Part shown: positions 27,158 through 36,984 of the stretch, piece after piece
Layout: each line of letters opens with the position of its first letter
Numbering within the stretch: the stretch's first letter is position 1
Source of the DNA: Paludibacteraceae bacterium
GTDB lineage: Bacteria; Bacteroidota; Bacteroidia; Bacteroidales; Paludibacteraceae
Assembly (NCBI GenBank): GCA_017527495.1
Contig: JAFXPY010000004.1
Span: 7,102 to 71,101 of the forward strand
Direction: 5' to 3'
DNA length: 64,000 bases
Made by a program: the position numbers and the translations under genes
Notes under the pieces: generated by a model
The model's database searches: none
What the model was told of the DNA's origin: nothing
The model's input: the letters and a program-made list of their open reading frames with translations, nothing else

Positions 27158-29137
27158 ATGAGAAACTTAACTCAAGCAGAAATCACCCAACTGCAAAACC
27201 AATACTGCTCGGCAGACTCATGGGATAATATCACTGTTGCCGACGATTTCAACCCTCTTTATGTCAAAGAGAGCCATTTCTCAGGTAAGATAGAGATAGG
27301 TAGCCTCAATGCGGAATACTCTCTTCCCGGAGGTTTCAAGATACACAGCGGTATTTACAAAGCAACGATTCACAACTGCAAGTTTGGCAATGATGTGCAT
27401 GTGTATAATGTACAGAACTACATGGCCAATTATGTGATAGGCAACAACACTTGCATCGAAAACATCAATTCGCTTGTTGTTGATGGAACAACACGATTCG
27501 GTAATGGAGTACGAGTGCCGGTCATGAATGAAGGCGGCGGACGAGAAATACCTATTTTCGACCACCTCTCGGCTCATCTTGCCTATATGCTCACTCTCTA
27601 TCGCCACCGCCCTGAGATGATTGAACGGCTCACGCAAATGATCGACCAATACGCCAAAGAGCAAGAATCAACAGTAGGATTTGTAGGTGATAATGTCAGA
27701 ATAATAAATTGTGGCAGTATCAAAAATGTGCGCATTGGTGACTATGCCAATATAGGAGGAGCCTCAGTGCTCAAAAATGGTTCAATCAATTCAAATCAAT
27801 ATGCTCCGGTCAAGATAGGTTCGGGTGTGAAATGCAATGATTTCATCATCTCATCAGGTGTTGAGATAACAGACTCGACGCTTGTAAGCACTTGTTTCAT
27901 CGGTCAGGGATGTATAATGGGCAAGCACTATTCTGCTCTTGAGTCATTGTTTTTCTCCAATTGTCAGGGTATGCACGGCGAGGCAACAGCAATCTTTGCA
28001 GGACCATACACCGTGTCGCACCACAAATCAACACTTCTGATTGCGGGTATGTTCTCTTTCCTGAACGCAGGATCGGGAAGCAACCAGTCGAACCACATGT
28101 ATAAACTCGGACCTATTCACCAAGGTATAGCAGAACGTGGCTCAAAGACAACTTCTGATTCATATATCCTCTGGCCTGCAAAAATCGGCACCTTCACACT
28201 CGTGATGGGACGTCATACCAAACACCCCGACACATCAAACCTGCCTTTCTCATACCTCATTGAGAACGCAACAGAGAGTTATCTCGTACCTGCCGTCAAT
28301 CTGCGCTCCGTCGGAACAATTCGTGACGCACAGAAATGGCCGAAACGCGACAATCGAAAAGACCCTAATAAACTCGACCAAATCAACTATAACCTGCTCT
28401 CGCCTTATACCATTCAAAAAATGTGGAAAGGACGCGAGATACTTGAACAAATACGTCAGATTGCAGGCGAGACAACAGAAGTATATTCCTATCAAAATTG
28501 CAAAATCCGTAATTCATCACTGCGTAACGGATTGAAATTCTATACAATAGGTATTCAGAAATTCCTCGGTAACTCGCTTATCTCTCGATTGAGTAAAACA
28601 CAATGGACCAATCTCGACGAATTGCGTCAAGCCTTGAAACCTGATTCAGAGGTTGGGGTAGGTGAGTGGGTTGATTGCTCAGGACTCATTGCCCCGAAAA
28701 GCGAAATAAATCGCCTGCAAGACGAAATAGAAAACGGAACAATAACATCTCTTGAGCTGATTCAGGAGCGTTTTGTTGAGATGCACAAAAACTACTATTC
28801 CTACGAATGGGCTTGGGCACTTGAAAAACTACTCCTTGTCTGGAATAAAGAGCTTAAGGATGTTACTCTTGATGATATTTGTAGGACTATAGAAGAATGG
28901 AAAACAGCTGTTGTCGGACTTGACAAGATGGTTTATGAAGACGCCAAAAAAGAGTTCAACCTCAATGCTCACACAGGATTCGGCGTCGATGGCGACGACC
29001 AAGAAAACACTCTTGACTTCGAAAATGTACGCGGAAAATTTGAGAGTAACTCCTTTGTTCTTGCTGTCTTGCAACACATCAAGAACAAGACAGAGCTTGG
29101 TGATGGCATGCTTGCGCGTCTCGCTGCAATAAAATAA
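27158..29137 (+). CDS. DUF4954-like protein (beta-helix-like repeats; function unknown)
   Basis: ORF 27131..29137 trimmed to ATG 27158 (MRNLTQAEITQLQNQ). Family assignment is from memory of conserved Bacteroidetes ~660-aa proteins; not searched. Confidence 0.55.
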   Translation: MRNLTQAEITQLQNQYCSADSWDNITVADDFNPLYVKESHFSGKIEIGSLNAEYSLPGGFKIHSGIYKATIHNCKFGNDVHVYNVQNYMANYVIGNNTCIENINSLVVDGTTRFGNGVRVPVMNEGGGREIPIFDHLSAHLAYMLTLYRHRPEMIERLTQMIDQYAKEQESTVGFVGDNVRIINCGSIKNVRIGDYANIGGASVLKNGSINSNQYAPVKIGSGVKCNDFIISSGVEITDSTLVSTCFIGQGCIMGKHYSALESLFFSNCQGMHGEATAIFAGPYTVSHHKSTLLIAGMFSFLNAGSGSNQSNHMYKLGPIHQGIAERGSKTTSDSYILWPAKIGTFTLVMGRHTKHPDTSNLPFSYLIENATESYLVPAVNLRSVGTIRDAQKWPKRDNRKDPNKLDQINYNLLSPYTIQKMWKGREILEQIRQIAGETTEVYSYQNCKIRNSSLRNGLKFYTIGIQKFLGNSLISRLSKTQWTNLDELRQALKPDSEVGVGEWVDCSGLIAPKSEINRLQDEIENGTITSLELIQERFVEMHKNYYSYEWAWALEKLLLVWNKELKDVTLDDICRTIEEWKTAVVGLDKMVYEDAKKEFNLNAHTGFGVDGDDQENTLDFENVRGKFESNSFVLAVLQHIKNKTELGDGMLARLAAIK

Positions 29138-29153
29138 CCATCAGCTATCAGTC

Positions 29154-29173
29154 ATCAGCCATATATGGCTGAT
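29154..29173. other. 20-nt perfect palindrome ATCAGCCATA|TATGGCTGAT between convergent genes; same family as 24047-24070
   Basis: Direct reading. Shares ATCAGCCA...TGGCTGAT with the murI terminator palindrome. No flanking T-run. Confidence 0.7.
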
Positions 29174-29179
29174 ACTAAA

Positions 29180-30685
29180 CTACTTCTCAAAGACATCTGC
29201 TCCCTTTTCTGCTGCTTCAAGATTTGCAGCATGCAGAATAGAATGGAAAATATAGTCAGTGCGATAATGCCGAAATGCGTTTGACTTCAAAGCGTCAACC
29301 TTTTCGGCATTTTCTTGTGCATAGCGGTCGGAATACCATATCATGGCAGCCGGGTATTTGGTCTCTTCTGCACCGCCGGCATGAAGCCAATGATTGTCCT
29401 CACCCAACGACTCACCATGATCGGATTGATAGACAATCAGAGCGTTGCGGTCGGAAAACAGGCTAATCAAACTATCTAAGAAAAAATCTAAATAGAGTGC
29501 AGTATTGTCGTAGGAATTAACAACCTGCTCTGCTGTGTTGGAAGTAACAACACGATTGCTTGTTATGGGTTGGAATTTCTGAAACTCTTGTGGTACATGA
29601 TTGTTGTAGTACCAATGCGAACCTATGGTGTGAATGATATACAAATTCTTTGAGTGTCTTTCTTCTTGCATTTGAGCAACAATAGGCAACAATTGACCGT
29701 CGGTCCATTCGCTGAACACAAACACTGTCTTGCCTGAGTTGGCAAACACCATCGTGTCACATTCTCCAATGAATGGAGCAAAAGCTTCACCTAAGTCCTG
29801 ATTTGAAAGCCATGCAGTGCGAAAACCTTCTTGTTTGAATATACTAATAAATGATGTTTCTTCGTATGTTGATGCATGGTTGGTGCTATCTGCACGAGTG
29901 AGAATATGAGGTACGCTGGCTGCGGTGTGAGTGTGCTCCGAATAGATGTGTGGCAATGAAATCAGGTTGTTGCGTTTTTCAAGACGCGGTGTTGTTGGGC
30001 GTTCATAACCATTTATGCTTAAATGGTCTGCTCGCATTGATTCTCCTATCACAAGCACAATATCCAATGTGTCAGGAACAGATGCCGTATTGTATTGCGG
30101 CATGGTGCGTTCTGCTTGCATCAAGTTACGCAAGTGGATATAGTCGGCAGTGCTCACAACAACATTGAACGGATAACGCTGGTTGGCGCTACGGTGTAGT
30201 CGGTCGTTACCCCAATAAAGAGCAGCAAACAAGGCTATTGCTGTAATGGCATGAAGAGGGGCTTTGCTAAAAGGAAAATCCATGCGCCAACGCCAAAAAC
30301 AAAAAGCGATAGCGATGATTAGATTTAGGAAAACCCATAAAAAAAGTTGAGGAGAGAGAACGCCCATGGCTTCCTCTGCGTTAGTTTGCAGTGTGGCTTC
30401 AACAATCATAGGAGTGATTGTAACGCGGTAAGCCACGCGATAGAATGACACAGCTGAGCCGATAAGGGCATAGAGAGGAAGGACCACAGCGCAGACTTTC
30501 CGCCAAAGCAACATCAAATAGACAAGCAATAATTGAAAGATGCCTAATGCACCAATATATGCTGCAATACTGAAAAAACTTCCGGCGCTATCAATCGGAT
30601 TATCAATAAAGTCGGGAACAATGAAGCATGCTGTAGCCCATAGCGTACAGCATGCAACAAGTAATATGTATTTTCTACTGCTCAC
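29180..30685 (-). CDS. phosphoethanolamine transferase (EptA/sulfatase superfamily)
   Basis: 501 aa. N-terminal multi-TM region followed by a sulfatase-like domain with VLVIGESMRADHLSINGYERPTTPRL and SDHGESLGE. Confidence 0.85.
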   Translation of the reverse strand: MSSRKYILLVACCTLWATACFIVPDFIDNPIDSAGSFFSIAAYIGALGIFQLLLVYLMLLWRKVCAVVLPLYALIGSAVSFYRVAYRVTITPMIVEATLQTNAEEAMGVLSPQLFLWVFLNLIIAIAFCFWRWRMDFPFSKAPLHAITAIALFAALYWGNDRLHRSANQRYPFNVVVSTADYIHLRNLMQAERTMPQYNTASVPDTLDIVLVIGESMRADHLSINGYERPTTPRLEKRNNLISLPHIYSEHTHTAASVPHILTRADSTNHASTYEETSFISIFKQEGFRTAWLSNQDLGEAFAPFIGECDTMVFANSGKTVFVFSEWTDGQLLPIVAQMQEERHSKNLYIIHTIGSHWYYNNHVPQEFQKFQPITSNRVVTSNTAEQVVNSYDNTALYLDFFLDSLISLFSDRNALIVYQSDHGESLGEDNHWLHAGGAEETKYPAAMIWYSDRYAQENAEKVDALKSNAFRHYRTDYIFHSILHAANLEAAEKGADVFEK

Positions 30686-30715
30686 TTTGTTCAGCGCAGG
30701 AAATTCATTGTTGTC

Positions 30716-30810
30716 GGAAAATCGGGAAATCGAAATGTCGTTAAATCGTTAAATCGAAATGTCGAAATATCAAGATCTCTCACATCTCACTTCTCACTTC
30801 TAATCTCTCT
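30716..30810. repeat. period-8 repeat (sense strand GAYWTTTC/GATTTAAC, 7 units, 30716-30771) followed by period-7 TCTCACT-type repeat (30776-30810) in the PG0541-EptA gap
   Basis: Direct reading: ggaaaatc gggaaatc gaaatgtc gttaaatc gttaaatc gaaatgtc gaaatatc, then tctctca catctca cttctca cttctaa tctctct. Confidence 0.85.
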
Positions 30811-31104
30811 TTACACTACTTGTTCTATATTCCACACAAAAGCTTTCACACCCACAACAGGGTTGCGTAAGTCGAGTTTTTGTACGGCTTCAAGTAGTTC
30901 TGGAACTTTTTCGTCTTCAACAACGCACATCATGGCAGAGTTCATCTCCGGCCAAGCGTGTGTGCCGCGACGAGGCTCACCACCATTAGTTCCACGACCT
31001 TGTACTTGTTCAAAAAATGTGAAGCCGCGCACTCCAAGTGTATCAAGCATGTACTCAACACGCTCTGTATTGGCTTGATTATAAACTATAAATACTGATT
31101 TCAT
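30811..31104 (-). CDS. PG0541-family transporter-associated small protein (P-II-like fold)
   Basis: 97 aa, directly downstream of the RND permease. The sequence MKSVFIVYNQA...GFTFFEQVQGRG matches the small protein commonly trailing Bacteroidetes RND pumps (from memory). Confidence 0.6.
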   Translation of the reverse strand: MKSVFIVYNQANTERVEYMLDTLGVRGFTFFEQVQGRGTNGGEPRRGTHAWPEMNSAMMCVVEDEKVPELLEAVQKLDLRNPVVGVKAFVWNIEQVV

Positions 31105-31130
31105 AAAATTGTTTTTTTTAATAGCTTTCT

Positions 31131-31161
31131 ATAGAGGTCTATAGATTCTATAGACCTCTAT
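31131..31161 (-). other. perfect 14-bp-stem hairpin in the RND-PG0541 intercistronic gap
   Basis: ATAGAGGTCTATAG-ATT-CTATAGACCTCTAT. No T-run follows on the sense (minus) strand. Confidence 0.8.
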
Positions 31162-31167
31162 TCAACT

Positions 31168-34100
31168 CTATTTCTTCACCTTGATATTCATAAATATGAA
31201 TTTCTTGCGTAGGTCTTCAAGTTTGTTGCGGTCGCCATGGCGTGACATAATACCATACAATACCGGCACAACATAAAGTGTAAGGAATGTACTAACTGTC
31301 AAACCACCAATAACTACTATACCAAGCGGTTGCCACATCTCCGCTCCTTCACCATTTGATACAGCCATCGGCACCATACCGAGAATAGTTGTGAAGGCAG
31401 TCATCAACACAGGACGAATACGGCTCTGTCCCGACATGGCTATGGCGGTGTTGAGCTCGTAACCACGCTCACGCATCAAGTTGATATAGTCAACAAGCAC
31501 AATACCATTCTTCACCACGATACCAACCAAGAGCACAAGACCTAAAGCACCAATCATGTCGAGAGTTGTGTGTGTCAGCCAAAGAGCAATAATCACACCT
31601 GAGAGAGCGAAAGGCACACTAAACATAATGATTGCCGGCATACGGAGCGACTCAAACTGACTTGCCATAACGATATATACAAGCAAGATAATGAGTGCAC
31701 CAAGCAAAATCATATCGCCGAACATATCTTGTTGATCCTCATAGTTACCACCGATATGTGTTGAATAGCCAACAGGTATGTCAAGCTGCGGAACAACTTG
31801 TTCCTCCACTTGTTGAGCCAATTCACCCAGTGAGGTGTTGTAAGGTGTTACCTTAACCGTAACAATACGCTGGCGTGACTTACGCTCGATGGTAGGAGGA
31901 GCCCAATATTCACCTACTTCTGCTATTTCGGAGAGTTTAACCATCTTACCCGTTGCCGTCGGTATAGACAAGTCCATAATGTCGGAAATAGAGTTGCGGT
32001 CTTCTTCTTCAAGGCGCACAAGAATGTCGTATTCAGAACCATCGTCTTTTAGATAACCGCACGACATACCTGTTACACGGTTGCGTAGGTAGGTTGATAT
32101 TGTGGCTGATGACAGACCAAGTCGAGATGCTTTCTCTTTGTTTACAGTGATTTTTATGTCAGGTCGGTCGTCTTCACGCGAGATATTTACGTCGCGTGCT
32201 CCATCGAGTTGTGAGCATAATACGCGTGCTTGTTCGGCGAGTTGTGAGGTCTTGTCGAAGTCGTAACCGTAAATCTCTAAATCAACAGTGTTGTTTCCTC
32301 CTCCGGGACCTCCACCTGAAACATTACATTGATATTCAATAATTTCAGGATATGTAGCCATCTCTTGACGCAGTTTTTCTGCTATCTCCCATATCGTCTC
32401 GTCACGATACCATTTTTTAGGTACGCGGATTGTCATTGAAATCTTGTTGTTCATCGTAGAGGAGAACATAGCAGCAATTGTTGCGTCGTCGTTCGAACCT
32501 GCTGATGTATTGATCAGTTCAATATATGGAACGAGTTCAACAAAACGCGTTTCGAGACGGCGCGCTGTCTTGAGCGTTTCCTCAATACGAGTACCGCGTT
32601 GCAATTTAACTGTTACTGACAAACGGCCGTTGTCTTGTTGCTGCATGAAGTCTGTTCCGATTTTGCCATTGATGACAGGCAAAAGTGAGAGAACAAACAA
32701 ACCAAGCAGTATGGTAAGTGTCAGGGCTTTATGGTTCAAACACCAGCTTAGAGAACGAGCATAGAGAGCATCAACTTTATCGAGGAATTTAACCACAGTC
32801 TTGTCGTACCATGTCTTTTCTTTTGCTTCGTCGTCAATAAGGTCGCCATTCTCGTCAACATGTACTTTACGTGCCTTGAGCAGTTTTGAGCAGAGCATAG
32901 GAGTTAGAGTAATGGCCACAACAGTTGAGGTGCAGCAAACAACAGTAACAATCCAACCCAATTCGTGGAACATAATACCTGCCATACCATTCAGCATGGT
33001 CAGAGGTACGAACACTGCCACAAGAACCAAGGTCGTGGCTATGACGCTGACCCAAACCTCGTTGGTGGCATAAATAGCGGCCTCACGAGGGTTCTCTCCG
33101 CGCTCAACATGTCGGGTAATATTCTCCAACACCACAATGGCATCATCAACCACCATACCAATAGCTATGGTGAGCGAACAGAGTGAGATAATGTTGAGGG
33201 ACGAACCTGCTATACCTAAGTAGATAAATGCCACGATAAGGGCAATAGGTATGGTGATACCGATAATTATTGTTGCGCGCCATTTGCCAAGGAAGAACAA
33301 AACGACAAGCACAACGAACAATAGGGCGTAGAGAATACTCTCTTCAAGTGAGTTGATTGAGTTTTGAATGTTTTCTGATGAGTCGTAGATTTTCTCAATC
33401 TTCACGTCGGATGGCAATTGCTTTCGTATCTTTGCCAATTCTTTGCGCACATCGCGGCACACCTGTACGGTGTTTGCTCCGGTTTGCTTGGCAACAATCA
33501 AACGAACCGCTTCACGACCATTTGTCTTTTCGTCGAGCGAGAGGTCTTTGATTGTGTCTTTAATCTCAGCAATATCACGAACAAAAACTTGCTGGCCTTG
33601 TGGCGTCATAGTTATCATCAAATCACCTATCTCCGATGATTCAATATATTCTGAGCGCACTTGCATCTGATATTGCTCTTGAGGCATCTTCACTGTACCC
33701 GACGAGAGGTTCAAGTTGTTAGCTGCAACAACATTACCTACTTGTTCAAGAGTAAGACCGTATGCGTCAAGTTTCTGCTGGTCGATGTTGACATATACAT
33801 AGCGGTCGGGAGCACCGGAAAGCGACAAGTTACCTATACCGTCAATTTGGTTCAGTTGCGGGATAACCTCGTCATTCAAAATTTTGTCCAATCCTGCGTA
33901 TGTCTCATCTGCTGTAATTGAATATTGACAGATAGGCATCGACGAGGTGGAGAGCTTGAAAATCATCGGTGTCCCGCAGTTGTCGGGCAGATTATTCTTT
34001 GTCATATCAACAAACGAACGCACGTCATTGACAGCCTCGTCCATATTGCTTCCCCATTCCAACTCAAGCACAACCATTGAGAGGTTGTCTTTTGATTGTG

Positions 34101-34344
34101 AAGTGATATGTTTGAGGTGGTCAACAGAGGTGAGCGCATTCTCCATCACTTTGGTGACGTTGGTCTCCATCTCAGAGGCTGAAGCTCCGGGGTAGGTGGT
34201 CATCACGGTGATGTAAGGAGGATCCATCTCAGGGAATTGATCGATAGGCAGTCGCAAAAAACTGAACACACCGATCACTATGATGGCAACGAAAATAAGG
34301 GCTGTCGTTACCGGTTTTTCTATCGCGGTTTTATATATTGCCAT
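31168..34344 (-). CDS. RND efflux permease (AcrB/HAE1 family)
   Basis: 1058 aa. Typical N-terminus IEKPVTTALIFVAIIVIGVFSF..LPIDQFPE, with 12-TM architecture motifs. Confidence 0.95.
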   Translation of the reverse strand: MAIYKTAIEKPVTTALIFVAIIVIGVFSFLRLPIDQFPEMDPPYITVMTTYPGASASEMETNVTKVMENALTSVDHLKHITSQSKDNLSMVVLELEWGSNMDEAVNDVRSFVDMTKNNLPDNCGTPMIFKLSTSSMPICQYSITADETYAGLDKILNDEVIPQLNQIDGIGNLSLSGAPDRYVYVNIDQQKLDAYGLTLEQVGNVVAANNLNLSSGTVKMPQEQYQMQVRSEYIESSEIGDLMITMTPQGQQVFVRDIAEIKDTIKDLSLDEKTNGREAVRLIVAKQTGANTVQVCRDVRKELAKIRKQLPSDVKIEKIYDSSENIQNSINSLEESILYALLFVVLVVLFFLGKWRATIIIGITIPIALIVAFIYLGIAGSSLNIISLCSLTIAIGMVVDDAIVVLENITRHVERGENPREAAIYATNEVWVSVIATTLVLVAVFVPLTMLNGMAGIMFHELGWIVTVVCCTSTVVAITLTPMLCSKLLKARKVHVDENGDLIDDEAKEKTWYDKTVVKFLDKVDALYARSLSWCLNHKALTLTILLGLFVLSLLPVINGKIGTDFMQQQDNGRLSVTVKLQRGTRIEETLKTARRLETRFVELVPYIELINTSAGSNDDATIAAMFSSTMNNKISMTIRVPKKWYRDETIWEIAEKLRQEMATYPEIIEYQCNVSGGGPGGGNNTVDLEIYGYDFDKTSQLAEQARVLCSQLDGARDVNISREDDRPDIKITVNKEKASRLGLSSATISTYLRNRVTGMSCGYLKDDGSEYDILVRLEEEDRNSISDIMDLSIPTATGKMVKLSEIAEVGEYWAPPTIERKSRQRIVTVKVTPYNTSLGELAQQVEEQVVPQLDIPVGYSTHIGGNYEDQQDMFGDMILLGALIILLVYIVMASQFESLRMPAIIMFSVPFALSGVIIALWLTHTTLDMIGALGLVLLVGIVVKNGIVLVDYINLMRERGYELNTAIAMSGQSRIRPVLMTAFTTILGMVPMAVSNGEGAEMWQPLGIVVIGGLTVSTFLTLYVVPVLYGIMSRHGDRNKLEDLRKKFIFMNIKVKK

Positions 34345-34395
34345 AATTCCAATATATTAAATGATGAAAAGCAGGAAATCTCGTAAATTCCCGTA

Positions 34396-35430
34396 TTATT
34401 GTTGTGTTGTCTTAACTACTTCAATAGCCACACCGTCAACCAATTTGTGCTGACCGGTGGTAACCATCTCCACGCCTTCTTTGATTTCTGGTGCAATGAT
34501 TTCTATGTCTTGGTCGAAACGCTGTCCGAGAGTTACGGCAACGCGTTTGGCGCGACCATTCTCATTGATAAACACATAGCGGTCGTTGGCTCCGACAAGT
34601 TTCTCTACTGCTTGATATGGAACAACAATGGCATGGTCGCGACCGATAGCAAGAGTGGTGGTAACATACATACCGGGGCGAAGCAATTCAGCTGAGTTTG
34701 GAATAACTATCTTTGCCTCGAAGGTGTGAGTCTGAGCGTTGATGGTAGGATAGACAACTTCTATTGTTGCAGGGAATGTCTTGTTAGGATAAATCTCAGA
34801 AGAAACAGTCAGTGCCATTCCTGCTTTGATTTGCGGGAAATACGTTTCAGGAATAGAAACAAGAGCCTTGAGCTTGTTGATTTGTGTGAGAACCAGAATT
34901 GGTTGCCCGCCGTAAAGCTCGCCATCTTCATAATTCTTTGCAGATATAACGCCGGAGAAAGGAGCCTTAACGTATGTGTTCTTTTGCAAGAAATCTAAGT
35001 TCTCGGCTGTCTGGTCGTATTGGAGCTTAACCTGATCATATTGTTGTTGGCTGACACTTCCGCTCTCGCGCAAGGCACGCATACGCGAATATTCAATCTC
35101 TAAATTGCCGTATGTCAGTTTGCTTGTGTTGAATTGTGTCTGGTCCATACGCACAAGCATATCGCCTTCTTTCTTGCGGTCACCAACCTCGCAATAGATA
35201 TGTTCAATACGCCCCGTAATTGAAGGTGCAACATTTTGGGTCAAATAACCTTGCAGGTTGGTTGAAACGGAAATTACACGCTCAATCTCGCGTGCTTTGA
35301 GCTTTGTTGTGCTCACTTTTTCAACACGTTCTTGTGCTTGCTCTTGTTCGCTACCTGTAGATGTGGTCTCTTTGCCACCACATGCTGCAAGCATCAAGAC
35401 AGATAAAAATAAAATCGATTTGTATTTCAT
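34396..35430 (-). CDS. RND periplasmic adaptor (membrane fusion protein)
   Basis: 344 aa. Lipobox LMLAACGG. Coiled-coil/lipoyl/beta-barrel pattern. Positioned between the TolC and RND genes. Confidence 0.9.
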   Translation of the reverse strand: MKYKSILFLSVLMLAACGGKETTSTGSEQEQAQERVEKVSTTKLKAREIERVISVSTNLQGYLTQNVAPSITGRIEHIYCEVGDRKKEGDMLVRMDQTQFNTSKLTYGNLEIEYSRMRALRESGSVSQQQYDQVKLQYDQTAENLDFLQKNTYVKAPFSGVISAKNYEDGELYGGQPILVLTQINKLKALVSIPETYFPQIKAGMALTVSSEIYPNKTFPATIEVVYPTINAQTHTFEAKIVIPNSAELLRPGMYVTTTLAIGRDHAIVVPYQAVEKLVGANDRYVFINENGRAKRVAVTLGQRFDQDIEIIAPEIKEGVEMVTTGQHKLVDGVAIEVVKTTQQ

Positions 35431-35458
35431 ATATTTTATGTTTTTTTAATTCTAATAT

Positions 35459-35527
35459 CTTACTTCTCACTTCTCACTTCTATTATCTCACTTATATTTT
35501 CTCACTTCTCACTTCTATTATCTCACC
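35459..35527. repeat. duplicated ~35-bp unit made of heptamers (sense strand GTGAGAA) in the TolC-MFP gap
   Basis: CTTCTCACTTCTCACTTCTATTATCTCAC occurs twice, at about 35463-35491 and 35498-35526. Confidence 0.88.
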
Positions 35528-36831
35528 TACTCATTCATAAATTTCATGAACTCAACTTGTGCATTCACCAGTGAGAGAACGGCTTGCACGTAGGTGTTTT
35601 GAGCTGCAATCAAGTCGTTGCTGGCATTGGTGAGTTCAAGCGACGAAGCAACGCCATATTGATATTTGTTGGACATGCTGTTGAATACTCGTTTGGTTAC
35701 CTCTATATTCTTTACTTCATTGATATATGTCTCGTATGAATTAGCGAGGTTGAAACGGAGTTGTTTGTCTTGAACTCCAAGAGCGTCTTGTGTATAGTCA
35801 AGTGTGTTGAGTGCGCGCTCGTAGGCAAGCTTCTTTTCTGTTATTGATGCTCCCGATTTGAAGCTTGTGAAAAGCGGTAAAGACAATGTTAACCCTACTG
35901 TATTAGGCGCTTGCATATTCATTGTACTCTCGTTGGAAAAATATTTACGAGCAGAATACTGATAGTAAGCACTCAGTGTCGGAGAGTATTCCATTGTGGA
36001 TAGAATCAGTTGTCGTTTTGCCAATTCTGTATTTTTCAACTGCAAGCGATAACTGAAATTGCGGTTGATGTCGAAATCTTTGCTCAGCATGGTTAGTGCA
36101 GCCTCAGCACTCAATAGCTCTTCGAGCGTCTGTGTGAGGTGAAGCTCAGTGTCGGAATCAATGTCAAGCATCAGGCGCAGTGCATTGTAGGCCACTTGTA
36201 CAGAACGTTTGTTGGCATTAAGCGAGTTTTTAATTGCTGAAACACGAACCAAAATTTGGTCGGCAGCTGTTTGTTCCGACACACCAACTTCAACAGAACG
36301 TTGCGTCATGTCTGCAAGTGCTTGGAGGTTAGACAAACTGCTATCTAACAAAGCAACGATACTTTCGGTCACAAGCACAGCCAAATAACTTTGCATCACA
36401 TTGATACGCAAGTTGTGTTGTGTTTGCTCAAAATTGATGTCTTGCATGTCTTTTGCCGTTTGTTGGAGCAAGACAGCCAAAACAGTCTGACCATTTATGG
36501 TAACTGCTGTTTGAAGCCCGAAATTCCCGTATGGAGGCATAGCAATGTTGGTTTTCATCGGGCCCATACCAAGTTCCATAGTGTAACCACACATGTTCAT
36601 GTATTGGAAATTGGTTGTAACCTGAGGCAACATTGTAGCAATACTTTGCCATTCTTTGAGTTTGGCCTCGCGTATCTGCAACGACGAGTTGCGCAAATCA
36701 ACATTATGCGCAATAGCGTAGTCTTGTGCTTCCTGAAGACTCAAAGACAGACTTTTAGGAGCCTCTTGAGCCGTAAGCCATAGTGTCGCAAAAACACACG
36801 CTAATGTTAGTAGAATCTTTTTTTGTTTCAT
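35527..36831 (-). CDS. TolC-family outer-membrane efflux protein
   Basis: 434 aa. Signal peptide and two OEP repeats. Located upstream of the MFP/RND genes. Confidence 0.88.
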   Translation of the reverse strand: MKQKKILLTLACVFATLWLTAQEAPKSLSLSLQEAQDYAIAHNVDLRNSSLQIREAKLKEWQSIATMLPQVTTNFQYMNMCGYTMELGMGPMKTNIAMPPYGNFGLQTAVTINGQTVLAVLLQQTAKDMQDINFEQTQHNLRINVMQSYLAVLVTESIVALLDSSLSNLQALADMTQRSVEVGVSEQTAADQILVRVSAIKNSLNANKRSVQVAYNALRLMLDIDSDTELHLTQTLEELLSAEAALTMLSKDFDINRNFSYRLQLKNTELAKRQLILSTMEYSPTLSAYYQYSARKYFSNESTMNMQAPNTVGLTLSLPLFTSFKSGASITEKKLAYERALNTLDYTQDALGVQDKQLRFNLANSYETYINEVKNIEVTKRVFNSMSNKYQYGVASSLELTNASNDLIAAQNTYVQAVLSLVNAQVEFMKFMNE

Positions 36832-36851
36832 ATATGTAATTTTAATTTTAG

Positions 36852-36984
36852 ACCGCTTTGCTGTAAGAAGTCATACCGCTTTGCTGTAAGAAGTCATACC
36901 GCTTCGCTGTAAGAGTTTAGAGATCTCTCACATCTTGCTTCTCACTTCTCACTTTTCACTTTTCATCCTGCTTCTCACTTCTTC
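36852..36984. repeat. 23-bp tandem repeat x2.8 (ACCGCTTTGCTGTAAGAAGTCAT, 36852-36915) plus heptamer tract (36921-36984) spanning the TetR stop codon
   Basis: Direct reading. The TetR C-terminus ..EVRSRMKSEK* is encoded by GAAGTGAGAAGCAGGATGAAAAGTGAAAAGTGA. Confidence 0.88.
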
